64,000 nucleotides of DNA from Sphagnum compactum (Eukaryota). The notes under the pieces were generated by a model. That model had not been told where the DNA came from, made no database searches, and saw only the letters and a list, made by a program, of their open reading frames with translations. This document shows, piece by piece, positions 26,301 to 39,524 of this stretch. Where the stretch lies: assembly GCA_965153455.1 (NCBI GenBank), contig OZ234493.1, forward strand, positions 6,810,213-6,874,212. The letters run 5' to 3'. The position numbers and the translations under genes are program-made. Every line of letters starts with the position of its first letter. The stretch's first letter is position 1.

Positions 26301-27061
26301 TAAAAATTTAAACTCAAAAGACCTTTGTTTTTAATTGCTATGGACTTTTAAAAATAAGGTGTGTTTTTTCAACAGCCAAAAGTCCATAGTGTAATACCTC
26401 CAATTCATATGATGCAAAACTCTTTTGCATTGTTTTTATTAATGCATTTCCACCTTGAAACCAATTCCCTAAACAAGTTCTAGATCCATCATTGAACTAA
26501 ATTAAAGTCCATTTGCCTCATTGCAATTAGCCTTACATCGTAGTTTTAAAATTTCAAAAGTTCATAGCTCTTGGGATTTTATGTTTTTTACATTAAAAAA
26601 ATTTGCACCATGTATTATTTAAGTCTTATTTGAAAATGAGTCCCTATTAACCAAACCCAACATATGTAATAAGTTATAATATTTGCAATCACACCCACTA
26701 TAAAAAAAGTACCCCTGTGATGCCAAAATTGGTCCACCCTACCATGCCAACACCTTTAGGGTTAGGTCAAAAATGTGATGTTGGCATTCCATGGAGCTAT
26801 GAAGAAAGAGAGTTGTTGTTGATCTCTCTTCCTTCTTCCTAAGTGCATGGGACATGAAGGGGTGCGAGGAAGGAGGAATGATGATGATGTTTATAAGGAT
26901 GGGGGTGGTGTTTTGGGGCATTATGAGAGGTTGAAAGAGGTGGGAAAGGAAGGAGGTTGGAGTATCATGAAGAAGCAAATTACTCAAAAAGCAATCTAGT
27001 TAACATACGTCCTAGAGATTGGAGGCAAGATCCTCAAAGGTGGGGTGGCGGTTGCTCAACA

Positions 27062-27215
27062 CACTACAACAAAAGGTGTCCCTCTATACCAAGTGATTTC
27101 ACTAGATTTTGAGTGAATTCACTAGTCGTAGCGAAAGGGGATTAGTGGGGAAGCAATGAATTCACTAGTCTAGTGAATGGAGACTAGTGAATCACACCCA
27201 CATTTTGTAGTAGTG
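27062..27215. mobile_element. 154-bp non-autonomous CACTA (En/Spm) mini-element
   Basis: TIRs CACTACAACAAAA ... TTTTGTAGTAGTG. 3-bp TSD ACA at 27059-27061 and 27216-27218. Internal subterminal repeats TTCACTAG / CTAGTGAA in both orientations. Confidence 0.88.
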
Positions 27216-28644
27216 ACAAAAGGCGTTCACTATGTATGATGATTGGAGGCGAATGGGAAGGGAGACAAAAAAAGGTACCTGAACCTATTGTTTGAGAAAG
27301 GAGATAAAAATAGAAAAGAAAACAAATTTTTTTTTGGGTGTGTGGTTAATTTAGGAAGAAAATTTAGGCTACCCTTTTGAAAAGACAAGAAAAATCATGA
27401 ATTAAGGGTGGTTGTCCCATGTGAAAAGGGAGAGAGTGTGTGTGAAGAGATCATTTTTGTGTAAGGTACAAGCTTTTGGATAGTTATAGAGCTAGGAAAT
27501 GTGGCAATGGAGGATTGTAAGGAGGCCAATATTACGAGATAGTTAGGAGTAAGACTTGGGAGTACTTGAACTATAAGCAATGCACTATACCTTTTTCTTG
27601 AAGATGTGAAAACTAAGTGTGCAAGAACTTGTTAAATTGCATGAGAATTGATATTGTGTGGGAAATGGTATCATTAGATTAAGGTTGCACCTATTTAAGT
27701 GAGTTAAGAAACGAACTAATAAAGAAAAAGAAGTCTATTGTCCGCAATAGCCAGGAAAAGGGAAATTATAATCAAGAAACCTAAAGAAAAGGAGTTCCTA
27801 GAATAAGAAGTACGATTGTTATCTGCAGTAGACAAGAGAAAGAACTATAACTAGGAGACAAGGAAAAAAGTTACTAGGAGAAGGAGGTGGCTTGGATTTA
27901 ATTGGAACCTATTAAAGCAGAACTAAGGAGTAAACAAAGTAGAAATTGAATGGTAAATTGTGAATCCTCCTTTTGACAACATCCAAGGGGGTAAGGGGGA
28001 GGGACCCATGTTAAGGTGTTAATGATGCACTAACTTTACACTTATTTTGGACAATAGTCTTACTCATGAAGTTAAATCCCAAAGGGTGGGAAAGGCTACC
28101 TAAACCCCACCAATTTCATAGGTATTAGTGTTATGTCATGGGGCATGCAGTGAAAGCACATTACGGTGTAGACAATTTTAGGGAAAATTGGGCCTACATG
28201 TAGTATAAAAAGTAGTAACACATAAGATTTCACTCACTTTGAATTTTTCTAGAAATCACATGTAGTTAATTTGATATTCAAACATAAAATAAGTTATGAA
28301 ACCCATCAATATGTAATTGATTGGTAGTTGTATCATTGTGTAAAAAAACACCAATAATTTTATAGACATTGAATTAGAACCCCTATTTTATAACAGATTT
28401 GCGTCTTTTTATTAATTTTGAAAATTCATCTTTTTAATGTAAAATGGTAAAAAAAACCTCTATCCGATCTACATCTTCAATGGAAGAACATTTTACAACT
28501 TAAAAATATCACAATTTTCATCATTATTATAACATAATGTACTAACAAATGTTGTGAAAACATTTAATATGAACTTCACAACTTGAAAATAAATTGAGAA
28601 TTTTAGTGAAGAAGATTCTTCATCATGGGGTGCAAATTCTTTAA

Positions 28645-28879
28645 GGTGTACCAAAATCTTGTCATAACGTCACCCTATTCTGTCTTTTTTACCTAGTCAT
28701 TTTTTACCATGTAAAAACACATTTATGGATGATTATGATGGAATCTAAAATTGCAATAGTCTAAAATATAGACCTTTTGAAAATTTTGACAACTTTTGAT
28801 TCATTTTATGGGGATCAAAATATAAGGTAAAAAAGGATTATAGTAAGGACTAAACCCTTTTTAGCCTGTGTGGTATACC
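28645..28879. mobile_element. Short TIR element (GGTGTACCA...TGGTATACC) flanked by TTAA
   Basis: TTAA at 28641-28644 and 28880-28883 flank the inverted termini. A related copy lies at 46846-47072. Confidence 0.5.
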
Positions 28880-31800
28880 TTAAAGTATTTTCACCCCATG
28901 GTTGTATTTTTACATTTGCAAAATTTCATGCATAAATTACCATTAAATCTTGTCCTTTGCAGTCATTTTCTACAATTGTAGCATTGTGACAAAGTTGTTA
29001 CAAAGTGAAAATGTACTCCAATTAATAGTTAATTTGTTCATATTTGTTCCAGTTTCATTATACAATGTTATATTGGGATGTAAACCACCATTAATTATAA
29101 ATTTTAGTAACAAGTTGTTTTCCAAACATCCACCATGATATATCAAAGTTCCATAGGTATCGAAAGCTATCAAACTCTGATAGTTTTTTGTCTACACCAT
29201 AATGTGTTTTCACCCCATGGAAGAAAGCAGGCTACTTGAACTTTATGGAAACAAGTCCAATGTGGATATTACTAAATTGCAATAAAGGCATTAGACCCTA
29301 TCCACCATTCAAAGAATGTGGTTTAGGGAGTTTTGACAAATTTCGCAAAAGGGTGTTGCTTCAATTATAAATTTTACCTTTTGCCCACTTGAGGTAATCC
29401 TATGAAGCCCAAGGTTAGGATGACAAAATTATGAATGATTTCATTGGATACCTATAAGAATTGGTTCCAATTGTTTTTTCAAAAAAATGATCATGCTTGT
29501 CATGTATAATTTGTGTACATCTACCAATCAAATTTGGCATACACATTTATGGGTGTCTTGCATGTTTTCTTACTAAGGATCACCTTGTATGTGTAAGTTT
29601 GATAATCCCATGTAGTTTACAAGTGTCAAGCGTCCTAAGGATAAAAAAAATTATAATTTTTTCTTCATTTATTTGTACACAACTTAGTATTATGTGTAAT
29701 GGCAAATTTGACTGTCATCTATTGGAAGTATTCCATATGTACTTTTGGCTCCCCAAAAAAAGGTTGAGAAGGGTGTGGGTGTGCCTTCATGTTTAGGCCG
29801 GAAGGGTTGTAGATGTATTAGCCATGAAAAACCATTTATTCCAATGGGAATGAAATGTTTCAAACATCATCATGACTAATTTTTGAATTTTGACTATACA
29901 TCCATCAAATTTTTTTATTAGATTTTTAAAAATTAACTTTAAAAAATCATCATGTGAATATAAAATTGAAGACATTTTGTGTTGCAATATGCATAGATGC
30001 TTAGGGCTTTAAGGGTTAAAACAACTTAATCCTCTTGGGCAAATCATAAACACACTCACTTTGTCTTCAAAATTACACAACCATGTCATATGGTTCCATC
30101 ATCTTTTTCCATTATTCATGATGGCCCTACCATTACAAGATGAAAGCATACAAACTTGTTCAAAATATTCAAGATTATCGTTGATTTGTCAAATGACATG
30201 GCATTAAAACTCAATGAACTCAAATATGATTAAAATGTTTAAGGATTATAAGTGTAACCCACATGCATATTGAACTACGTCCCACTTTTATAAAAGATCC
30301 CTAACAACATCTAGTCCATTTACAACCCTTAATTAGGTCTAGCTCTATTGCAATGGTGTTTGTCCAACATATAATTATAATTATTCCCCATCCCAATGTC
30401 CATCCATAAACAAGAGAAAGTTAAGAATAGAAATGAAAGACACATTTAAATATCATCATATGGGCCAATCATTATGGTTTGTTAATAAAAACAGTGTGTA
30501 AAAGGTGAAGGGCATCAAATCTTATTTATAGGCCCAAAGTAAATTTCACATTATTTTATTGATATATTTCATCGAATATAAACTATATATGCCATTTCAC
30601 TATTGTGGGTGAAGAATCAACTTGCTTCAACAATTGAAAATTGACTATGTTTTTAACAATTTGTTTTACAAGACCAATACCCCTACTTGTAGCACAAGGT
30701 CAAACTCCACATTGACAAAATGAATAATTTATTTTTAAACATCTTTATCTTTCTAAACTAGTGGACATCATAATTTTCATGATTCACAAATTCTACTATG
30801 ATCACTCCATATGAGTAATGAAATTGTTCATGCCACACTTGTAGCTTGCCATAACTGTTACAACATTCAACATCTGAATGTCATATTATCACATAAATAC
30901 ATTTCAATATTGGAAATAATTTAAGGATGAAACTACCCCTATGATAATGCATATGAAATCCACATGGTTCTTCACCAAATGTGCTTGTGAAGTTATTACA
31001 TTATAACATCCAAACAATATATTGAAATTTTTGGGGATTTAATTAACCATTTTGGCCAATTTTTTACAATTGAATAAGATGAAAATTAAGAGAACTAATG
31101 CAATTTTTGAATTCATTTTAAGAACTGGAACTTACTATTTTCAAAAAAGAAATTGAGAACCATTCAACAAGTGTGAATACAGATATAGGAGCCAAAAACC
31201 ATGTCAAATAGTGGTGAAAATTGTGAATTGTTTTACATTTTTTTTGACATTTTAAAGTTATGTTAATCATTCCAAGTTATGCTAAGTGACTAATATGAAT
31301 GTTGAAAAATTCAAATTAAAAATTCATTAAATTAGTTTTTGGGTTTTGGTTTCACCAAACGATGTTTGAACTTGAATAGGTGCTACATCAGATTGTGGTT
31401 AATTTTACAAAGGATTATATAAAGGACTATTGTACTAACATAATTTTGATGGTAAGAAAATTTAAATGATAGTAACCTACTACCCAAGTTCAAAAAACAC
31501 TCCCAATTGAAAAGATATGGAATTTTAATTTTTAAAAAATTCAAAGTATTTTTCAAAATTTTAAAATTTCAGGATTCCAAAATAGGTAGTTGCATCCATC
31601 CATGATTGCAAATTTGTTTACTTCACACGAAGCATTAATGAGAGTGCACCAAAAAGGAAAAAAAGGTTGTGCATTAATGGCTTATGACCCATTTGTAAAT
31701 AAAACATAAATTAGTATTGTTTGGTTCATTATATAGTTCAATATCTTCAAATAAAAAGTCGTAACAAAGGTTATATTCCTATTTTATGGGTTTGTCAATT

Positions 31801-32794
31801 CCATAGGAATGCAAATATAGCTATTGGAGGCACACTTAAGGATTGTCCATTTCCACCATGTAAAGTGATTTGATGTGATTTACATTCTTAGAATACAATC
31901 AAGTTGTTATAAACTTTACATGTGAAAAAAATTGAAATTTTTGTTTGGGATCAAAATATGAAGCCATTTTGTTTACTCTTTAATATTGCGAAAAAATGTT
32001 CAATCCTAAACCACTGCAAGATAGTGTGCACATTTGTTGTTTTTCATTTTTGAATGAATGGTAGTAATTTTTGTCTTTCGACATTAGTTTTTAAAACTTA
32101 AAGAAAATATTCACAAAGAACTTTGAAATTAAACCCACATCAATTGGAAAAATATTGAAACGGGTGACTTTATAGTAGGTATAATATACTTGGGCCAGCT
32201 ACATAGAAGTCAATTAGTTAACTTCGCAAATTGGGAAAAAAAAAATCATTATCCAAATATCAAATAGAGTATTTTCAAGTTCATCAATATTGTATCCTAA
32301 AATAGGATTTTATACTGTAAAAATTTAGCTAGTTTTACAAAGCAAAATTGGATTGGGCCCAAGTGGAGATCAACCAGAAAACAATTTAGCCAAATTTGGT
32401 TATAAAAAATGAAAGTAAAAAATTTCAATTATCCTTCTATAATTTTTTTTATCTACTTGAATTTAATATAAAATTTATAATTTTTTTGAAAACCCGAAAA
32501 ATGCTTACTTATTCTTCACCATTTTGAAAAGAAAAGGTAGCATATGGCAAATTTCACACCCAAGCCACAAATAATTAAACAACACTCGACCCTAAATGCT
32601 TTTCAAATTCACCAAATAGTATATGTTAAATGCATCCTAAAGTAGCATAGGTAAAAAGACTTTCTTTTGGAAATGAACATTGGTTAGTTACTTAATTAGC
32701 TAGTGTCAAAGATGTATTTGATGTAGTAGTTTATTTCTTTTTCCATTTTGTGATTTCATGATGTTACTAAAGTGGTGATCATTCATCATCACGC

Positions 32795-33103
32795 ATAACA
32801 TTGATTCTTCATCTACTATTATTACTAGGGTTGAAGTTAAGAGCAAGAAGTTCATAGGCACAAGTTGCTACAATTTTGGAATTCAACTAAATAGTGTAGA
32901 ACCTGGATGTTGCATTTGATTGCATCAACAGATTGATCATCACCATCAATGGGCAATTCCCATCACCCATGATTCAAGCAATAGAAGGAGACACAATAGC
33001 GGTGAGGTTGAAGAACAATATTTCCACTAAAAGCATGACCTTACATTGGCATGGTATCCATTAATGTGGTACATGTTTCTATAACAACATTGTGTTTGTT
33101 TCA
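32795..33103 (+). pseudogene. Decayed 5' fragment of an L-ascorbate-oxidase-like multicopper oxidase (signal peptide plus start of the first cupredoxin domain)
   Basis: One frame from 32795 reads (ATA, likely a mutated ATG)TLILHLLLLLGLKLRARSS*AQVATILEFN*IV*NLDVAFDCINRLIITINGQFPSPMIQAIEGDTIAVRLKNNISTKSMTLHWHGIH*CGTCFYNNIVFVS. INGQFPxP, EGDT and the copper ligand motif HWHG are diagnostic. There are four in-frame stops and the fragment ends after ~100 codons. Not present in the ORF track. Confidence 0.85.
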
Positions 33104-36071
33104 ACTTCAAAATCGAACTACAAAACTTCCAAATTTAAGTTAAGAAACATTGTTTGTTGCATAAAAACATGGTTTTCAAAGTTGAACCTACAAATCCTAA
33201 ACTAATATCACATGCAATGAATAATCATATTGTACCTATGTGATAACCAAAATTTCCAAGACCATTGGGATGACTTTCTTGAATAAAGATGTTCATTATT
33301 GACAAACTCAAGACCTATAAACTAAACATCCAAAACCATTGGCATGATTTTTTTTAACAAAGATGTTTATTGTTGACAAGTTCAATACCCATAAACTAAA
33401 CATCCAAATTCAATATGCTCCCACATCCATAAATTAGTAGTTACAAGGATGAAAGTAGGTCAACGTCATTCCCAAAGGAAAAAATCAAATGAAAAAAAAG
33501 AAAAAGATGTTTGCTTATAAATGTCTACCCAACCATGATAAATACAAGTCCCAATTGCATGTGTGCCATTTTTTCTACAACTCATATTTCCATAATGTCT
33601 TTCTCAATGTGTATATCATTTGTAAACTATTGACATCAAGATGGTTGTGAAAATTTGTGTAATGAAAATTTTAAAAAGCTTGTTCACATAATTCTTGACA
33701 AATTATTTTTAAAAATTGACTTGTTCTATGAGGATTTCAACTAGGCATCAAATCTATTTAGCACATTTGGTTTTTACCTTGGTTTTTGGCTCCCAAACAT
33801 TTTGGTAGACCACGTGACCCAAATATTTCATATGGGTCTAGAATTATTGACGTTTGCTAAATGTGATTTCAATGGGCCATGCATGTTAAGCATTCAAACA
33901 CTTCCCATAGATGCTCTTTGAAGGTTGAATTCACCTCCATGATATCATCGTGTTGTATAACACATGGCAAATTCATCACATGTGAGTTCATTCATCAATA
34001 CTATTAAAAACTCAATAGACTTCAAGATCAACATTGTTCGTTGAATCACACAATGAACAAAAAGACATTTGATGAAAATGAAACTATAATGAGTGAAAAA
34101 GTGATGACATGAATAACATGTTTTTAAAATTCAACATTTCAACATCTCGTTTCCACTTGAAGGTAGACTTAGCACATTTTGTTGTTCAAATAAAACTTAA
34201 AGTGTGAAGATTAATGGTGGTTCAACAAATACAATAATGTATGAAAAATTGAGGATGTATATATGAGGAAGAAAGTTGATAAAGCAATGATGTGAGGATG
34301 ACTAAAAAGAAAGCAACACAGGTAAGTCAAAAGGTGGGTTACCAAGTAACTACAAAAGTGGGGAAAATTCAAAGATAGTATGAAAGAGCAAGTAAATACT
34401 TATTTTGCATAGTTAGTTATTGATAAATAATGTAGGTGCAAAACAACTTGCATTTTGCTTATTCCAAATTTTATGAAAAAAACACAAAATAAGGAATGCA
34501 AAACAAGGGAATTTTTTTGAATTGTTTTTGGTTCATCTTATGTCAAAAAATCCAATCATTTGAAAGATCTTCTTTTAAGATGTTCCTTCCACCTATTTTA
34601 CATTCCTAACATTTAATATTTCTACCATTCTTTTCACCATGTTCAGATTCAAGCACTCATTGAAGTTCAAGTCCTAAGGAGTGATAGCTTCAACTTCTCA
34701 TGGTGGACGTAACCCATGAATTCCCATGAACATTTCAAGCAATAACAAAATGTTTGGCCTTAAAATTTTGAAATTCACACCATCAATTAATATATTTTTC
34801 TCAAATTTCTTCCAAACATGAAGAACATTATGCACCCACTATAAAAAATCCATGTCCAAAAGAGAAAAAGAAGACCCCACTCTTGTGTGTTGCAACTACG
34901 TAAGCCTCATTAGAATAAAAGATGTACCTCCCATGTCTCATGGATGAAATTTTTATTTTAAAAAATTAAACCATATTCAATCTAGGTTCTAGAAGTAATA
35001 TTAATATTAAGAAAGAGTAAATACTTAACATGATCAAAAGACAAAATGTTTAGGCACATTAGGAAAATCATTGTTTACAAATTGCATTTTAGGTTTTTTT
35101 TTACACATGAATCTTATTTTTGGATTAAGGATATAAGGCTAAGCTCTAAGGTATTATATACATTGATAACACACATGAATTTATTTTTTTCTAATGGGTG
35201 CAAGAAATTGGGATCCTTGCAAGTATGTTTGGGTTGATACCCCACTAGGCCTCCATGTTCAATATATATATATATATTATAGTCAACCCGATTACAATGG
35301 TGTCATTGGGTACGACCATACAAGGTCATGTTGGTACTTATGAGTGACATTATATGATTAATGGAAGTTATTTTTGTGTTGCCTTTTTGTTATATTTTTT
35401 TCATTGACATTCACCTAATTAGTTATAATGCAATAAACTAATTGACAAGTTTTCATACCATTGTTTTTTTTATAAAAAAGTCATGTCTCTTTGACCTTAG
35501 TTAGTTCAGGCACTTATGTGTGCTAATTGAGTCTATTGTGAAAGGTTGTTATCTCAAACACCAAACTTTCTTCTTTTCAACAAGGTTATTTCAAGGTTTT
35601 ATTTCCATTTGCTATTCGCATCCAACTAAAATTCAAAATTGTTTACAATATTATTTTTTGCAACTAGTGCACATCAGCCAAAATTAAATACTTTATATTA
35701 ATGGATATGTAAAGCCAATCAAAATAAATAGTTCGCCCAAAACATAAAGCTTGATTATTGTCTTATTAGAAAACTTGTATTTATATAGTTAAAGAGCTTG
35801 GGTTGGTGTAAAACAAAATATCAACTTGATTCAAGTTTGAGTTTCAATTTTAGCACAACCATTTGGTATGCACAAGTTTGGTTTCTTGGTTGTTATTTGT
35901 CTCTTTTGGCCCCAAAGAAACAAAAAAATTATAGCCATTCATGTTATGTTCATGCTACTCAATTTACATTTGTCCTTTTTAAGAATTGGGCAATTTGATC
36001 TGAAGAGCAACAGAGACATAAAGCAGGAACAGACCAGTGTTGTGTGTGTAAAATGGTTTGGGACTTACACT

Positions 36072-36900
36072 CCGTGTAAGTGTAAAATTAAATATGTATA
36101 TAGTTTTACGTGGTCCGATAAAACAATGTATATATATATATGATTTTACATGGCTATGTAAAATAATGTAAATATAACAATGTAAAAAATGTGATTTTTA
36201 CTTGAAGAAGGGAGATTTTATAATTTTTTTTGATGGTAAGTGAGCTAAATGTCCCATTGTAAAAATAAAACCATCAAACTATAGACTCGCAACTAATTCA
36301 TACGACTTTGCAAAGAAGGTCTGGTCATTAAAGATATACCCTAGTACCGTGGCCAACACTAATTATATTATTTTCAGAATTGTTGGAAATTTTCAAAAAT
36401 TATTTTTTTCCAAATTAAAAAATATTGTGAAGGATAATAATGAATATTTAGGAATATTCCATTTCAATTTGTTGAAATGAATTTTTTCAAAATGAATTAA
36501 TTACTCGACAAGTGTTGAAATGGCCAAGGGTACTATGGTATAATAAAATTATCTATAAAGTAACAAAAACAACGCTAGAACCCTGAGTTTGATCATAAAT
36601 AGGGTGAGATTCAAAAAAATAAAAAAACATTTGCATTCAAGGGCGGGGGGACTTCAGTTTTTGTGGTGAACTGAGTTTCACCCTGTCTTCCCTTTTTCTT
36701 TAGCGCCTCCATTGCTGCTCCTACTTATAAAGCTACTATAATTAATTAGTCTTGAACCTTGTGCATTAAATGCTGATTTTCAGCATTTCATTCCCAGATT
36801 TAATAAAAATTTCTTAATTTATGGAAGAAGGGTTTGGGGTGAAAGGAGGCCCAAAGGCAGGGTGACTTTACAAATAATTTTAGTATTTACACTTACACGG
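36072..36900. repeat. 15-bp inverted repeat pair ~800 bp apart, probably the subtermini of a MITE with nested inserts
   Basis: CCGTGTAAGTGTAAA (36072-36086) versus TTTACACTTACACGG (36886-36900). Confidence 0.5.
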
Positions 36901-37830
36901 CCCAAAACAATTACATGGGGGCCATGTAAGTGCATTTGACAAATAAGGTTTAAAAAATCCAAATAAACACTCATAAAACACACTCTCAACCACTTTTGTC
37001 ACTTTGGTGGCGAGTGGCTCAAGAACTAAATGTTGTGTGTTTTACAACATTAACACCAAAAACATAATCATTACACAAACCAGGGGTGTCACAATTTTTT
37101 TTATTTTTTACAAAACCCAATTCAATTTACATCACTCATTAGAAAAATTCAAGAACATAAACCCACTTTGTTTAAAAAATTCACATTTTTTTTGCAATAT
37201 TAAAACCAAAAACACATGAAGTCACAAGTTACAACAACATTAAATAATCAATGATATCACAATGTACAAAGAGATTCAACTTTTCACTCTTTGCAATTTT
37301 GCAAGATTTCCATCCATGGAATCTTTCCTCCACAAAGTTTTAATCCAAGTTAGGTAATATATTTTGATAATTTTGTGGTGATAAATAAAATAGTAATGCC
37401 ATATAAATATGTATTAGAAGTATGAATGCTTAAAATGTACCTGTTTGATTTGCTAGCTATCTTTGATCATTGCAAGCACTGTCTTGTCCTCGTACCAAGT
37501 GGGTGGTACCTAGTACCTACTTACCTACCTACCTACCTATACTACCTACCTATAATTCATCTCGCTCAAAATGAGCAGTACTCACAAAAGGGTAGGTACT
37601 CTCCAAAACTTATGAATCCCTAGGGATTTTGTAGAGGATGCATTCTTGGTGTCAAGTAGTAGTACTATTGTTGGCTCAATCCCCAATGGACACACTAGAG
37701 ATGAGAAGCAAATTTTGGTTGGGTGGTATCATCATCTTTGTCATCCCCCCAGTGATACACACCTGAATGGAATACAGAATAGGTAACTTAGTACAAATCC
37801 ACTCATGTTTGTATACCTAATCATGTTTGA

Positions 37831-38188
37831 TTCTTAAAGCTTTTCTACTATCCTCTTTGACCTGTAGCCAAATTTGGGTAGTGATGCTGAAGATGATCAA
37901 AATGCACCAAGTATGATGCCCTCCATACATGTTTGTATATAATAGGTAGCACGATTCTTAAAGCTTTTCTACTTTCCTCTCTGACCTGTAGCCAAATGTG
38001 GTGGTGATGCTCAACATGATCAAAATGCACCAAGTATGATTGCCCATACATGTTTGTATAGCATTGGTTCTTAAAACTTTTCTACTTTCCTCTCTGACCT
38101 GTAGCCAAATTTGGTGGTGTCGCTGAAGATGATGAAAACTCACCACCAAGTATGATTTGCCATACATGTCTGTATAGCATAGATTCTT
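37831..38188. repeat. Diverged tandem repeat, 3 x ~113-124 bp
   Basis: Units start with TTCTTAAA at 37831, 37955 and 38068. Each contains CTACTTTCCTCTCTGACCTGTAGCCAAAT...CACCAAGTATGAT...CATACATGT (first unit slightly diverged). Confidence 0.9.
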
Positions 38189-38189
38189 G

Positions 38190-38675
38190 TGGGGACCCCA
38201 AGGTTCAAATTTTGTTTTCTTTTGTGATGGGCATCTTTGATTGGCCCATCACAAAAAGATTTAATCAATCTTTGGGCAGTCCCAAAGTAGATATACGTAG
38301 TCTCTGCTTTTGGGGGATGCTTGTGCAGGTTACAAGAGTAGAACTTAGGGCCACGGATATGATATAAAGTAAGGTGCTATTGGGAACATTGTTGAGGAAC
38401 ACATTGGGAACTTGGGGAACAGTTTGAAAACACATTGAGAACTTTGATAGGAACACCGTGAAAATTTGATTGAGAACACACCAGGAAGGAACAACAAAAA
38501 TCCAACACACCCAACCCCTCCACCCTCCCAAAAGGAAAGGAAAAAAAAAAAACCTGGGTTTCTTTGGGTGCATGCTGGCTCACTTCATTAGTTGCCAAAG
38601 ATTTATATGCCTGCCTTTGTTCTTTACCATATTCAGACTAGGCTAACGGGAGGGGCAGAAATTGTGGGACATAGT
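38190..38675. mobile_element. Non-autonomous interspersed repeat with a 5' hairpin and internal GGAACA micro-repeats
   Basis: 13-bp stem TTTTGTGATGGGC/GCCCATCACAAAA (38220-38256). ttgggaac/gagaac repeats at 38380-38480. The 'tttgattggcccatcac' core recurs at ~54690. Confidence 0.5.
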
Positions 38676-39524
38676 ATCCTCGTGCGTGCTCCTGCAAATT
38701 ATAAAAGAAAATAGAGAGTAGGAGGAGATCACATGAATTCTGTCCATCTCTCTCGTGTTCAGGTATATAGTAATATATATGACAACGAATTGCCACCATG
38801 ATGCCAACTACAACCAAACTACTCTTATCTGTTACAAAACATGATGAGGTTCCAAAGCTACTTACTCATTGGAAATAATTTGAAAAAACCTAGCCTCATT
38901 GAGCACTACTGTCAGTGCGTGCTCTATTTTTTCCAAAAGAAAATCAATCCTGAAGTAAGTGGGTTGTAACCATCCAAAAGACGGCTTAACCAAATTTGGC
39001 TACAGGTTAGAGAAGAAAGTTGGAGACATGACAGACTATGCTAGAACCTACCTATTTGAAAATCACTGAAGTCTACTACTATTGAATGAGAAAATTAACG
39101 CAACAGTGATTGAAATAGGCTTGTGAAGCTCACTGAGTAAGAAAACAAAACAAATGATCAAAAAAAGAAAGCACACACACATAGGAAGGGCCAAGAAAAT
39201 ACAAACTTTCCTGCAAGTACTTGATGAGCCAATAATTAGCAAAGACTTGAGCCTCACTGGTAACCACTGGTGATGCTGTAACAATACAAACAAGTAATTT
39301 CACATCTGGTAATGACATGCCAATAAGGGAGCTTCTGCCCCTTTGCAGACGCTGCCCCCTTTTTTCTTTTTTTTTGGGATTCTGCAGTAACCATCCTCTA
39401 TCAATGTTTTCATTTTTATTTATTGTGTCCCTGGATGCTTCAGGCAAATTGTGTTTTGACAGCAAGTGGGCTTATCGTACTCTTTTAAGACAACTTAAAT
39501 GGAGAGTTGCAGACATAACTGAAG

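Noticed and set aside
37831-38188. His-rich repeat ORFs (37848-38051, 37958-38167) as genes
   Set aside because: They are translations of a non-coding tandem repeat with frameshifts between units.
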